In this document: positions 53,306-62,675 of the stretch, one piece after another | Layout: the number at the start of each line of letters is the position of its first letter | How positions within the stretch are numbered: the first letter of the stretch is position 1 | Source of the DNA: an uncultured Gemmatimonadales bacterium | GTDB taxonomy: Bacteria > Gemmatimonadota > Gemmatimonadetes > Gemmatimonadales > GWC2-71-9 | Reading direction: 5' to 3' | Assembly (NCBI GenBank): GCA_963821525.1 | Contig: CAWGED010000014.1 | Coordinates: 32,001 to 96,000, forward strand | Length of the DNA stretch: 64,000 nucleotides | Translations under genes and position numbers: made by a program | Notes under the pieces: model-generated | Databases searched by the model: none | The model's input: only the letters and a program-made list of their open reading frames with translations | Told to the model about the DNA's origin: nothing

Positions 53306-53894
53306 CTGAGGCTGCGGCCTCCGCCGCCTTCCGGCCGAAGACAATGTGGCCCGCCTTGCGGAACACCCAGAAGCAGAAAAGGATCGCCAGCGCCAGGCAC
53401 ACGAAGGGCAGCACGATCGCGAGAATGACGGTGCCGGTCGCACCGAAAAGCTCCACGGTGGACACGAGGGCGTTGGCGGCGCCTCCGGTCGCGGCGAGCG
53501 ACTTCAGCCGGAGCAGTACGGTGGCACCCTGCAGCAACCCGGCTGCGCCCCCGCCTCCGATCAGCGCCACACCCCACTTGAGGACTGGCGGAAGATCCAC
53601 CATGACCGATGCGCTGGCGACCATGCCGGCCACGACCGCGGCTGGGGTCGCAATGGTATCGAGGAGGTGATCGAACCAGGGGATGTAGTAGGCAGCGATC
53701 TCGAGCAGGGTCGCGGTGCCGAAGGCGATCGCGGCAGGTATTGTCCCGATCCACGCAAAGCCGGGCGATAGCGGGATGTGGCCGGTCAGCGCACCAAGGC
53801 TGATCGCGAAGAGCGGTACGAATACCCGGAAGCCGCATGCAGCAGCCAACCCCAGTCCCAATCCAACGCCGAGCAGAGGATCGATCGAACTCAT
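53295..53894 (-). CDS. DUF4126-like membrane protein
   Basis: GLAAACGFRVFVPL, EIAAYYIPWFDHLLD. Confidence 0.8.
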   Translation of the reverse strand: MSSIDPLLGVGLGLGLAAACGFRVFVPLFAISLGALTGHIPLSPGFAWIGTIPAAIAFGTATLLEIAAYYIPWFDHLLDTIATPAAVVAGMVASASVMVDLPPVLKWGVALIGGGGAAGLLQGATVLLRLKSLAATGGAANALVSTVELFGATGTVILAIVLPFVCLALAILFCFWVFRKAGHIVFGRKAAEAAASDGT

Positions 53895-54376
53895 CAGTCG
53901 CAGGCTACTCGACGATAAGGGAATTCCGCACGCCGGCTGGCTCCGGATGCGACCCCGTCAATCCAGGCCACCAGCGAATCGGGGCCTCGGCGGACATACC
54001 CAACCCGCTGCGGAAAGTCGTGCTTGGGATCCTCGAAAATGACGGCCGTATCGGCGACCAGGCTCGACATGAAGGTGTTGGTCGCCTGACCTGCCGGATG
54101 CGCCTCATAAGCGAGGCGCCCGTCCTTCTCGGTGAGCAAGACCAGCTCGTAGTCGTGTAGCGTGTTGTCTCTGACGGTCCGGCCCACACCGATCATGCTC
54201 CCGCCCCTCGGGGCCATCCATCGCTCCTCTACGGTACGAGGGCCATTCGTGGCCTCCCAGCAGCCGGTGAGCCAGGAAACCTGATCCAGTCGTGGTGCCG
54301 CCTGGGCATGGATGTGTGGAGTCGGTAACAGTGCGACTGCCGCCGCCAACATTATCGGACGCAAACCTTCAGGCAT
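53894..54376 (-). CDS. Secreted hypothetical protein (DUF6265-like)
   Basis: Signal peptide, WLTGCW, EERW, FEDPKHDFPQRVGY. Confidence 0.7.
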   Translation of the reverse strand: MPEGLRPIMLAAAVALLPTPHIHAQAAPRLDQVSWLTGCWEATNGPRTVEERWMAPRGGSMIGVGRTVRDNTLHDYELVLLTEKDGRLAYEAHPAGQATNTFMSSLVADTAVIFEDPKHDFPQRVGYVRRGPDSLVAWIDGVASGASRRAEFPYRRVACD

Positions 54377-54749
54377 GGGTGAACGCCTCTCGTTCAAAGT
54401 GGTTGTCGTGATAGGGATCGCGTCCTTGAAGGAGCGCTAAGCCGCTCGCAGCCAGGTAGGCGGGGATGAAGAACGGTCCCCAGCGCTCGTACTGGCGGAC
54501 GTGAACCCGTTCGTGAGCTCTAGTCTTTTCCATCTCGGTTTGGCTGGTCGCCAGCACGACATGGCCGAGGGTAATCGCCACGACGCCGGTCGCTGCGGGC
54601 AACCGGGGCAGAATGCCTGCCAGCGCGCCGCCCCACGCCTCGAGCACTCCGTCATGGATCGCGACTTCGCCACCCGTGGTGCGGGCCAGAACCGCGCAGC
54701 CCACACCGAGGAGACTGTTGGGGCTGGTCCAGAGGTAGGCGAGTCGCAT
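54369..54749 (-). CDS. Hypothetical protein with HExxH motif
   Basis: AITLGHVV, HERVHVRQYERWG, DNHFEREA. Confidence 0.7.
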   Translation of the reverse strand: MRLAYLWTSPNSLLGVGCAVLARTTGGEVAIHDGVLEAWGGALAGILPRLPAATGVVAITLGHVVLATSQTEMEKTRAHERVHVRQYERWGPFFIPAYLAASGLALLQGRDPYHDNHFEREAFTHA

Positions 54750-55375
54750 CAGAAGGGAATCTCGGCCAGGATCCCCCACAGGGAGTTCCGGATATCCAAC
54801 CCCTGTTCGGTGATGCTGCGGAGTCCGAGGGAATAGCGGGCCTCGATTCCCAGCACGCTGTTTCCTACCCCAAACTCGAATCCTCCACCTACCACCGCGG
54901 TGGCGTCTATGCTCGGCACGGATGAAGCGTCGCAGGCCTGACGCTGACCGCCCGCGGTTCCGATGGCCTGCACATCACAGCCGATCAGAAACGCCGCGGC
55001 AGGACCGCCGAATGCAAAGGGTCTGACATACTTGCCCAGGCGGGGTCCTCGAAACCGGGCCAGGATCGGCGTCTCCAGGTACACGAATTCAAAATCGAGC
55101 GTGCCGCCCCCGCCGGGGAGTGGCGCGGTCTCACCCCCTTTACGGGCGAAGAGCAGCTCGGGCTCGACCGCAAACCAGCTCGCTGCCGGAATCCGTACGA
55201 AGGCGCCGGCCAGAGTCGCCGCGCGACTGGTGAGACCTGCCGCGTCGCTGCCGGTGAGACTTGCTCTGGAATAACCGATGATGGCGCCGAGCGACACGTT
55301 GCCGTGCTGCGCGGCACCCGGGGCAGGGAAGGCGATGACCAGCGCGGTGAGAATCTGGCTGGCGCGACGAATCAC
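54749..55375 (-). CDS. Outer membrane beta-barrel (porin-like) protein
   Basis: Signal peptide, EPELLF..KG, YLETPIL, EARY, terminal Phe. Confidence 0.75.
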   Translation of the reverse strand: MIRRASQILTALVIAFPAPGAAQHGNVSLGAIIGYSRASLTGSDAAGLTSRAATLAGAFVRIPAASWFAVEPELLFARKGGETAPLPGGGGTLDFEFVYLETPILARFRGPRLGKYVRPFAFGGPAAAFLIGCDVQAIGTAGGQRQACDASSVPSIDATAVVGGGFEFGVGNSVLGIEARYSLGLRSITEQGLDIRNSLWGILAEIPF

Positions 55376-55761
55376 CCGCGCACCTCGCTCATGATCGCGA
55401 GGATGTTGTCCTCGCTGTCCTGGAAGAATGCCATCCACAGCTCGTGATCGGGGAGTTTCGCCACTTCATGCGGGTCGCTGGTGAATCGAACCCCGCGTTC
55501 CTCGAGTGCGCGATGGCTCGACCGGATGTCGTTCACTTTGAAATAGAGGATCGAGCTCGGGTGGGCGAAGGCCGGTTGCTCCGGAGCCGACAGCATCAGC
55601 CGGACGCTACCGCACTCGAGGAACCCCAGTTGTCCAGCCTGGAACAGAAACTTGAGCCCCAGCACGTCGCGGTAGAAAGCGATGGCCCGGGGAACGTCCC
55701 GCGCCGTCAGCGCGATTTGTCCGATCTGCAGGAGACCCGGTGAGCCGTCTGCGTCCATCAT
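55372..55761 (-). CDS. VOC/glyoxalase family protein
   Basis: IGQIAL, AIAFYRDVLGL, LWMAFFQDSEDN. Confidence 0.88.
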   Translation of the reverse strand: MMDADGSPGLLQIGQIALTARDVPRAIAFYRDVLGLKFLFQAGQLGFLECGSVRLMLSAPEQPAFAHPSSILYFKVNDIRSSHRALEERGVRFTSDPHEVAKLPDHELWMAFFQDSEDNILAIMSEVRG

Positions 55762-55872
55762 GCCGCTCCTCAGGCGGGTTATGGCGCATTGTAGGTGTGG
55801 ACGACCGGAATGTCGAGGAGGAGGTGAGCTCGGCTCTTGCGCGGGATGAGTCTGGAGGGATAGCGTAGGGGC

Positions 55873-56289
55873 ATGCGTACCCCCATTCTCCTGCTCGCCG
55901 CGCTTCTCCTGCCTGCGGCCGCAACGGCCCAGGCCGATTCGGCAAAGGCCGATTCCGCGAGCTCAGCTTCCGCTCAGCCGCAAGCGCCGGCCGAAGCGTT
56001 CAGCTACACGTTCACCAATCCCGTCGAATTCATCCGCGTCCAGTTGAAGGGGGGCGTGACCTACTCGGCGGAGCTCAACAACCCTGGTGTGGTCCTCAGC
56101 TTCAAGCCGCGGGACCCCGGAACCCAGAAGCCGGATATCCGGAAGGACATGATGGGGCCGCCCAGCGCGAGTGGCTCAATAACCTTTCTGGTCAAGCCGC
56201 GCGCGGACGGAGAGTACGAGATCCGGGTTCAGGGAATCCAGGCGGGTGCGGCGGTTACGCTCTCGATGAAGGCCAAAACTAAGAATTAG
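55873..56289 (+). CDS. Secreted hypothetical protein
   Basis: Clear signal peptide, beta-rich body. Confidence 0.7.
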   Translation: MRTPILLLAALLLPAAATAQADSAKADSASSASAQPQAPAEAFSYTFTNPVEFIRVQLKGGVTYSAELNNPGVVLSFKPRDPGTQKPDIRKDMMGPPSASGSITFLVKPRADGEYEIRVQGIQAGAAVTLSMKAKTKN

Positions 56290-56824
56290 CGATCTCTCCC
56301 AGCCGTCGATCGAGCCGCTTCTCGTAACACATCACCGCGACCGCGGGGTGATCGGGAAGCGGCACTGGTATATAGGTGACGCCTCGGGCCTGAAACCCGG
56401 CCCTCTCATAGAACGCCCGGACTTTGGGGTCCACCAGGGTTGCGTCCAGCCGGATCCACCGCCGTCCCCGCCGTCTCACCAGCTCCTCCATGTGGGTCAG
56501 GCACCACGCTCCGATTCCCTTGCTCTGCACCTTCTTCGTGATAGCGAACCGGTGGAGGTACACCGCGGATCCTGAGGGCTCCTCCCACTGAATTGGGGCG
56601 TAATAGTCATCGGGAATGTCGCACAGTGAGAAGGTCCCGATGATCTCGCCGCCCTCGGTCACCACGAAGAGGCGTGCCGCCGTCGCGTCCGCCGCAATGG
56701 TTCCTGGTATGCTCGGCAACAACCAGTCAGGCACGCCATGGCGGTCGCGCATCTCGACGCCACAGGCGTTCAGGATGGCGACCGCCGCTCCCGCCTCCGA
56801 CGGCTCCGCGAGGCGGATCTCCAC
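56279..56824 (-). CDS. GNAT family acetyltransferase
   Basis: YLHRFAI...QSKGIG, IRLD, FYERAGF. Confidence 0.85.
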   Translation of the reverse strand: MEIRLAEPSEAGAAVAILNACGVEMRDRHGVPDWLLPSIPGTIAADATAARLFVVTEGGEIIGTFSLCDIPDDYYAPIQWEEPSGSAVYLHRFAITKKVQSKGIGAWCLTHMEELVRRRGRRWIRLDATLVDPKVRAFYERAGFQARGVTYIPVPLPDHPAVAVMCYEKRLDRRLGEIANS

Positions 56825-57258
56825 TACCGCACGTCGAATACGTAACTATTGAGCTGCGCGATTGTCGCCTGCTGCTCCGCGACCTGGAATGCCAGCACGT
56901 CCCCGCTGGTGATGACGCCGCACAGCCCATCGGGTCCCGTCACGGGCAGGTGCCGGATACGGCGCGAAGTCATGATGCTGCCGCACTCCTCGATGCTGGT
57001 ATCGAGGCTACAGGTGACCACGACCCGAGTCATGAGGTCGCCGACCTGGGTGCTGGCCGGGTCCCGCTCCTCTGCGACGACTCGGCGCATGATATCGCGC
57101 TCGGTGAAGATCCCCACCAGATGCCCGCCTTCCATTACGACAACTCCTCCGATACTGCGTTGATTCATGAGATGCGCGGCCTCCTGCACCGTGGTTGACG
57201 TCGGTACAGAGATTACCTCACGGCCTTTGCGCAGCAGGATGTCCCGAACACTTGGCAT
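56824..57258 (-). CDS. CBS domain protein
   Basis: LVGIFTERD, IRHLPV, GVITSGD. Confidence 0.9.
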   Translation of the reverse strand: MPSVRDILLRKGREVISVPTSTTVQEAAHLMNQRSIGGVVVMEGGHLVGIFTERDIMRRVVAEERDPASTQVGDLMTRVVVTCSLDTSIEECGSIMTSRRIRHLPVTGPDGLCGVITSGDVLAFQVAEQQATIAQLNSYVFDVR

Positions 57259-57342
57259 GCGAGCCTCCTTGCAAGTCTCCCTATAGTCGGCTGCGGTACG
57301 GCGGGCCGCAAGATGAGGTGGGAGGTGGAGCGTGAGCTGGCA

Positions 57343-57432
57343 GTCGGGGTCGGTAGGGGTCAGGGGTCAGGGGTCAGGGTTATAGATCTGGGTCGCTGTT
57401 CCCTGACACCTGGCACCTGATACCTGACACCT
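57343..57432. repeat. Inverted heptamer arrays (GGGGTCA)n ... (CCTGACA)4
   Basis: ggggtcaggggtcaggggtcaggg ... ccctgacacctggcacctgatacctgacacc. Confidence 0.85.
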
Positions 57433-57433
57433 T

Positions 57434-57913
57434 CTAACGGTGGCTCCAGAGCCGCTTAAGCAACTGGATCTGCCCCGTGTGATACGCATCGTGCGCCAGC
57501 ACCCCGGCGATCAGGTCGCCGTAGCTCCATTTCCGGATGGTGGGTGGCCGGCGATTCAGCCGTCCCTCAGGGAATCGGCGCAGGGCTTCGGCAAAGGCCT
57601 CGTGTTCCGCCTTGAGCAGCAAGCGATCGGCCGTCCAGGACCCTTCATCGAGATGATCGGGTGGGGCGGGCCAGTTGGAGGGTGAGCGGGGGAAGCCGGC
57701 CTCCGTGGTAGGATCCACGTGACGGCGCACTGCGTACTTCCAGTACGCAATGTGCAATGTGAGTTCCCAGATCGAGTGCAGTCTTGGAGCAGGCCGCCAA
57801 TGCGCCTGCTTCGCACTGATACCGCGCACCGCGCCGACTGGAGTTACGCCACCATGCCAGGCGCGACCAGCCTTCGGAGCGATCGTGCGTGACAGCAGAT
57901 CGACCTGTGCCAT
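57434..57913 (-). CDS. DinB family protein
   Basis: WHG, HSIWELTLH, HDAYHTGQI. Confidence 0.85.
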   Translation of the reverse strand: MAQVDLLSRTIAPKAGRAWHGGVTPVGAVRGISAKQAHWRPAPRLHSIWELTLHIAYWKYAVRRHVDPTTEAGFPRSPSNWPAPPDHLDEGSWTADRLLLKAEHEAFAEALRRFPEGRLNRRPPTIRKWSYGDLIAGVLAHDAYHTGQIQLLKRLWSHR

Positions 57914-57936
57914 GATGGATCAGGAATCAGATGGGC

Positions 57937-58260
57937 TTAGTGGATCTGGAACGCGTCCACCCGCTTGGCCAGATCAGGCGGCTCGGTACGAAGCACCTTC
58001 CCGGTGAGACTTACGTAAATCACCGCCCGTTGCGCTCCCGGAATCACCGTGGGTCCGAAACTGAAAATCCAGGCCGGCGGATTACCCTTGATCTGCTTCG
58101 CGCCGCGTAGAGCCAGTACCGTTTTCTGGGCGCCCATCTTGGGTGGCGGTGCGCCCAGCATCGAGCCGACCGCGAAATAGGCCGCAGCCCATGAGGCACC
58201 GAGCAACAGGAGCAGCACAAAACCTGCATATATGGCAAGACGGAACAGACGACCACCCAT
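57937..58260 (-). CDS. Hypothetical membrane-anchored protein
   Basis: ggag RBS, N-terminal TM helix. Confidence 0.6.
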   Translation of the reverse strand: MGGRLFRLAIYAGFVLLLLLGASWAAAYFAVGSMLGAPPPKMGAQKTVLALRGAKQIKGNPPAWIFSFGPTVIPGAQRAVIYVSLTGKVLRTEPPDLAKRVDAFQIH

Positions 58261-58369
58261 GAGGGCTCCCGGGGTACGAGTCAGATCTGCACGAAACAGT
58301 GCACTTCGATGGCGCCTGCTCGGCCTCGGGTCGTCCCGGTAGGTTAGAGGCGGAGAGCTGCGAGCGCGG

Positions 58370-58870
58370 TCAGCCGGGGGTAAGGCCGTGGCGAGCCAGC
58401 AGGGTGTCCACCGAGGCCAGGTCGAACTCGACTCCGTAGCCACGCGCCAGACCGGCAAGAGCGACGAGGTCCAGGCTGTTATGGTGTGTTGCGAGCGTGG
58501 CCAGCTCCTCGAAGAAGTGTTCGAATCCGCCCGGAGCTATCACTTCAAGAAACCGGACCGGTTCGCTGCCCGAATTCCAGAAGGCGTGGAAGACTCCCTT
58601 GGGCTTGTGAATGCAGCCTCCGGGACCGGCCAGCTCGATCTTGGTTCCCTGCTGCACGGTGAGGGTGCCTTCCAGCACGTAGGAAATCTCGTCCTCCCGC
58701 GAATGGCGATGCAGCGGAGCGCCGAGCAATCCGGGGCCCAGCGTGTGTTCCACGAGCGCGACGGACCCGCGACTCGCTTCGCTGAGGACTTTGAATGTCG
58801 TGCTGAAGGTACCCAGCGCAACGCGGCGCCCGGCACCCGGTGCCGTATAGGTGAGGAGCGACGGTCTCAT
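58370..58870 (-). CDS. Cupin domain protein
   Basis: PLHRHSREDE.SYVLEG, PKGVFHAFWN. Confidence 0.88.
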   Translation of the reverse strand: MRPSLLTYTAPGAGRRVALGTFSTTFKVLSEASRGSVALVEHTLGPGLLGAPLHRHSREDEISYVLEGTLTVQQGTKIELAGPGGCIHKPKGVFHAFWNSGSEPVRFLEVIAPGGFEHFFEELATLATHHNSLDLVALAGLARGYGVEFDLASVDTLLARHGLTPG

Positions 58871-58922
58871 GAGCCCTCCTGCGTAATCAGCCTTCTCTAC
58901 TAATGTGCCGTGCCAGGCGGGT

Positions 58923-59264
58923 CTACGCCACAGGCCCGCCCGGGGCCTGGTTTTTCCGGCCTTCTCGAATCTCGTAATGGGCCGAGCGCTGGTCGAACCG
59001 GAGCAGAAGCTCCCGGGCCTTGGGCGGTACGACCGCCACTTCGTAGTCCGCGCCGGCAAACCCTTGTACTGCGTCGATCGAATCGAACCACATCAGGGTC
59101 ACGAACTCCACCTCCTCGTCGCTCGGACGCCTGAGCAGCTCGATGCCGTGAAATCCCCGGAGGTTTCGTTCCACGATTCCCTGGAAAATCTCGCTGCGAA
59201 GCAATGCTTCGTAGGCGTCGGCGTTCGCCGGCGTGGTCCAGCCATGCCAGATGCGGCAGATCAT
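58923..59264 (-). CDS. ABM-like (dimeric alpha-beta barrel) protein
   Basis: MICRIWHGWT, EFVTLMWFDS, FAGADYE. Confidence 0.8.
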   Translation of the reverse strand: MICRIWHGWTTPANADAYEALLRSEIFQGIVERNLRGFHGIELLRRPSDEEVEFVTLMWFDSIDAVQGFAGADYEVAVVPPKARELLLRFDQRSAHYEIREGRKNQAPGGPVA

Positions 59265-59848
59265 TTCGCCCTCCCCACTTCCGCCGCGCGTTTGATTCGA
59301 CGCAGCATCACCTTACGGATCAGGCCGCTCGCGCCCCCGATGATGAACCAGTAGCGCTTGAAGGCTCTCCGACTCGCCTCGTCGTCACAGCGGACCCGTG
59401 TTTCGGTGGTGAGGCGAGTCGAGGCCCCCGCCGGGTCCAGCCGGAAACTCCAGACTCCCCGGGCCAGCTTAGGTGGTAGAGCCTCGAGAAAGGTGGCCGC
59501 CGAACTGGGCACCAGCTTGGCGGAAGGAGTCCAGAACCGTCCCGTCACGCCGAGCACCAGTTCCTCACCGGGAGACTCGGCCAGCAGCACGAATCCGTCG
59601 CCACCGAGAATGCCCCTTAGCCCTTCCACCTCTCGGTCCCGCCGGTGTTGCATCCGGCGCCTGGTGGCGCGCGGATGCAGGATCAGACCTGGCAGTGCCC
59701 GCAGGGTGAGCAGGGCGCGGATCAGCGGGGCGCGACGGAAGTCGGCTTCCCACAATGCACGATAGACCGCCTCGGGTGAAGCCCGAACGGTGATATCGTA
59801 ACTCGCGCTCACGTCGTAAACCGGCATCCAATGGTCGAGCAGGCTCAC
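59261..59848 (-). CDS. Hypothetical protein (DUF2867-like)
   Basis: ELVLG..GRFW, LTTETRV, FKRYW..I. Confidence 0.7.
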   Translation of the reverse strand: MSLLDHWMPVYDVSASYDITVRASPEAVYRALWEADFRRAPLIRALLTLRALPGLILHPRATRRRMQHRRDREVEGLRGILGGDGFVLLAESPGEELVLGVTGRFWTPSAKLVPSSAATFLEALPPKLARGVWSFRLDPAGASTRLTTETRVRCDDEASRRAFKRYWFIIGGASGLIRKVMLRRIKRAAEVGRAK

Positions 59849-59872
59849 TGGATAGACCGGTATGGTGTACGG

Positions 59873-60124
59873 CTACCCCTTCTTGACGAGCCGGACCAGA
59901 TACAGAAGGAGCAACGCCCCGACCAGGGCGGTAATCAGCGCGCCGATAATTCCTCCCGCGGCGATGCCGAGGAGGCTGAACACCCACCCGCCGATGAAGG
60001 CGCCGAGAACACCGACAACCAGGTCCCCAACCAATCCAAACCCAGAACCTTTCATAATCTTTCCGGCCAGGAAACCGGCAAGGCACCCAATTACGAGGAA
60101 GAGGATCAGGCTCTGCGTGGTCAT
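59873..60124 (-). CDS. GlsB/YeaQ/YmgE (transglycosylase-associated) membrane protein
   Basis: IG.LAGFLAGKIM, GVLGAFIGG, ALVGALLLL; aggagg RBS. Confidence 0.9.
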   Translation of the reverse strand: MTTQSLILFLVIGCLAGFLAGKIMKGSGFGLVGDLVVGVLGAFIGGWVFSLLGIAAGGIIGALITALVGALLLLYLVRLVKKG

Positions 60125-60370
60125 CGGAACACCTCCTGTGTGTGCACTGCGAGACCGTTTCGGCCGACGCACTGCCACGTGCACCTGACGGCAGCGCGGG
60201 CCGGAACGGATTGAAGGTGGGGCTCGCGTGGAGCGATGCTATCCCGCGTCACGAGCGGCCCTACCTGACAGAGACTGGCCACGCCGGGCGCGTCTCTCAT
60301 TACGACATTGACCTTCAGCCCATCGGTGTGCAGCCCGTTGGCGAGGTTGACCGGCTCGATCTGCCCCGGT

Positions 60371-60604
60371 TCAGGCGTGGTCCGCAACCGCGGTAACTCC
60401 CTCATGCCGGGCGCAGCTGGCACAACAGTAGAAAATGCCCTTGGCCTCGATCCCGTGGCCGATGATCCTGCATCCGCAGTGGTGGCAGGTCGGCGCCAGC
60501 ATGTGGATGGCGCACTCGAAACTGTCGAATGTATGGGTGCTGCCGGCCGCGACCACCTGGAACGAAAGGTGGTAGTCGTTACCGCAAACGTCACACTTGG
60601 CCAT
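60371..60604 (-). CDS. Small Cys/His-rich metallothionein-like protein
   Basis: CDVC, FDSFECAIH, CHHC, YCCASC; ggagg RBS. Confidence 0.8.
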   Translation of the reverse strand: MAKCDVCGNDYHLSFQVVAAGSTHTFDSFECAIHMLAPTCHHCGCRIIGHGIEAKGIFYCCASCARHEGVTAVADHA

Positions 60605-60687
60605 AACCCCTCCGAAATCGATGCGGCGCCCCGTGCGCCGTGCTCGGAAAGTGGCCAGTTATGCGGTGCGACGCCAGCCGCCGCCGG

Positions 60688-61023
60688 TCAGCGCCGCCGG
60701 CGCCGTTTCCTTGGTGGGGGCTCCGGCACGAACTGCAGGTTGACCGCGAGGAGCTGTCCCTCGAACCACGCCAGCAAGCGGCCAGTGAACTTTTCGGCCA
60801 GGTAGAACAGGTCGCTCTGGGTCTTGGGGCGAATGTGAGCGATCAAGACGCCGTTCGCCCGGCTCACCTCGATGTAGCCACCTTTGGGACGCTGGGCATG
60901 GCGCAAGCGGGTCTTCTTCTTGTTGGCCCAGGACCAGGTTCTGGCCTCTCGAATTCTGGCGCGCAGCAGCTGGTAGGCGTCGAGATGGCCGGCGGGAATT
61001 GCCTGGAGAACCACCATGGGCAT
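60688..61023 (-). CDS. Small basic hypothetical protein
   Basis: ggag RBS; plausible globular sequence with basic tail. Confidence 0.6.
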   Translation of the reverse strand: MPMVVLQAIPAGHLDAYQLLRARIREARTWSWANKKKTRLRHAQRPKGGYIEVSRANGVLIAHIRPKTQSDLFYLAEKFTGRLLAWFEGQLLAVNLQFVPEPPPRKRRRRR

Positions 61024-61052
61024 GCTCCGCGTTGGGTGGAGAAGGGGCCAGG

Positions 61053-61095
61053 GAATTTCAGATTGAAGATTTCAGATTGAAGATTGCTGATTTCA
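61053..61095. repeat. Single-arm heptamer array (GATTTCA GATTGAA)n
   Basis: gaatttcagattgaagatttcagattgaagattgctgatttca. Confidence 0.88.
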
Positions 61096-61170
61096 AAGTG
61101 TTGAACATGAGCATGGAGCCGGATTTCCCGACTAGATTCAGGGGTCTTCACAACCGACTGGAGCTGAGTC

Positions 61171-61533
61171 ATGCCGTACTTGACCCACAAACTTACTCGC
61201 GCAGCCCTGCTGGCCGTTACTCTGGCTGCCTGCGCGTCCGGGAGTTCTCAAAAGTCCCCGAGCCCGGATCAGGGGTCGGAGCCGCACCTGGAAGTGATCA
61301 ATCGCTCATCCGCTGACGTGGATATCTATCTCGTCCGTACCGGTCAGCGGATCCGGCTTGGACTTGCTCCCAACAATCAGACCACCAAGTTCTCGCTGAC
61401 CCCTGCGCTGACGATCGGGGCCGGCACGGTGCGCTTCGAGGCGGTGCCTATCGTGGGCGGCAACACCATCAGCACCGACCCCACGACCCTCCAGCCCAAC
61501 GCCACGGTCACCCTCGACGTTCCTCCTCCATAG
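61171..61533 (+). CDS. Putative lipoprotein
   Basis: LAAC lipobox, VINRS...DIY...RLG. Confidence 0.75.
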   Translation: MPYLTHKLTRAALLAVTLAACASGSSQKSPSPDQGSEPHLEVINRSSADVDIYLVRTGQRIRLGLAPNNQTTKFSLTPALTIGAGTVRFEAVPIVGGNTISTDPTTLQPNATVTLDVPPP

Positions 61534-61534
61534 G

Positions 61535-61624
61535 GTTAGCCGTTAGCAATTAGCCGGTAGCTGTTAGCTGTTACGGTCAGGAGGGTGGCATCACCCGACG
61601 GCTAACAGCTAACGGCCTACGGCC
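61535..61624. repeat. Inverted heptamer arrays (GTTAGCY)n ... (RGCTAAC)n
   Basis: gttagccgttagcaattagccggtagctgttagctgtta ... ggctaacagctaacggcctacggc. Confidence 0.88.
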
Positions 61625-61690
61625 CACTCTGTTTAATCACAAAGACAGACCGAGGTGACCCGCGGCAAGGGATCATCCGTGGCAGCGCGA

Positions 61691-62675
61691 TCAGTCCGAT
61701 TGAGGCGCCCGGACAATGCAGCGGAAGCCGACGTGACAGGTGGAGGTGTCGATCGGCTCGGGATAGCGCGCCGCAGGCCGGTAGCGGCGACAATAGTTGG
61801 GCGCGCAGAGATGGGATCCCCCTTTCAGCACCTTGCGGGGGATGCGGATGTTGGGCTGGCAGAGGTCGTAGCTCTCCTCCTCGCGCGGCCCTCTCGGATT
61901 CAGGGGAATACAGCAGGCCTTGGGCGCATCTCCCGGATGGCGAGGCACGTACCAGTCGGTGGTCCACTCCCAGACGTTTGCCGATCATGTCGTAGAGCCC
62001 GTAGCCGTTGGCCGGGAAGGACCCGACCGGCGAGGTGCTCTCGAACCCGTCCTCGACCAGGTTGCGCCAGGGGAATTCGCCCTGCCAGGTGTTGGCCATG
62101 AATCTCCCGCCCGGGAGGAACTCCTCGCCCCAGGCGAAGGCGGCCCCGTCCAGTCCGCCCCGGGCCGCGAACTCCCATTCGGCTTCCGTCGGAAGCTGCT
62201 TCCCTTCCCATCGAGCGAAGGCTTCGGCGTCGGTGTAGGCCACGTGGACCACCGGATAATCCGGCCCGGCGATGCTGGTCTCCGGCCCATAGGGATGGCG
62301 CCAGTCCGCCGCCTTCATGAACTGCCACCAGTTGGTGTAGTCTCGTAGGTCCACTCTCCCAGGCGGCATGGTGAAGACGAGCGAGCCGGCGTAGAGCATT
62401 TCCGGCTTGGCGCCCGGGTAGTGAGCGGGATCGGGGGGAATCTCCGCGAAAGTCTGATGCCCGGTTGCGGCAACGAATTTTTCGAACCGCCCGTTGGTGG
62501 TCGGGTAGCGGTCGATCCAGAACCCGGCAACCGTCACGCGGTGGACCGGACGCTCCTCAGGGTAATGATCTTGGGAACCCATGCGGAAAGTCCCGCCTGG
62601 GATCCACACCATGTCGGGAAAGGGTGGATCTCCGGGCGGGAGGGAAGATGCGGTGAGCGGACTCGATGCAGTCAT
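61691..62675 (-). CDS. Formylglycine-generating enzyme; indel near 61980
   Basis: PVVHV, LPTEAEWEFAARGG, ANTWQG, GLYDM.GNVWEW (split), KGGSHLCAPNYCRRYRP. Confidence 0.9.

Noticed and set aside
58885..58915. Sigma54 promoter upstream of the cupin gene (TGGCACG on the - strand)
   Set aside because: No GC at the -12 position with the required spacing; the same applies to TGGCACG near 62795.
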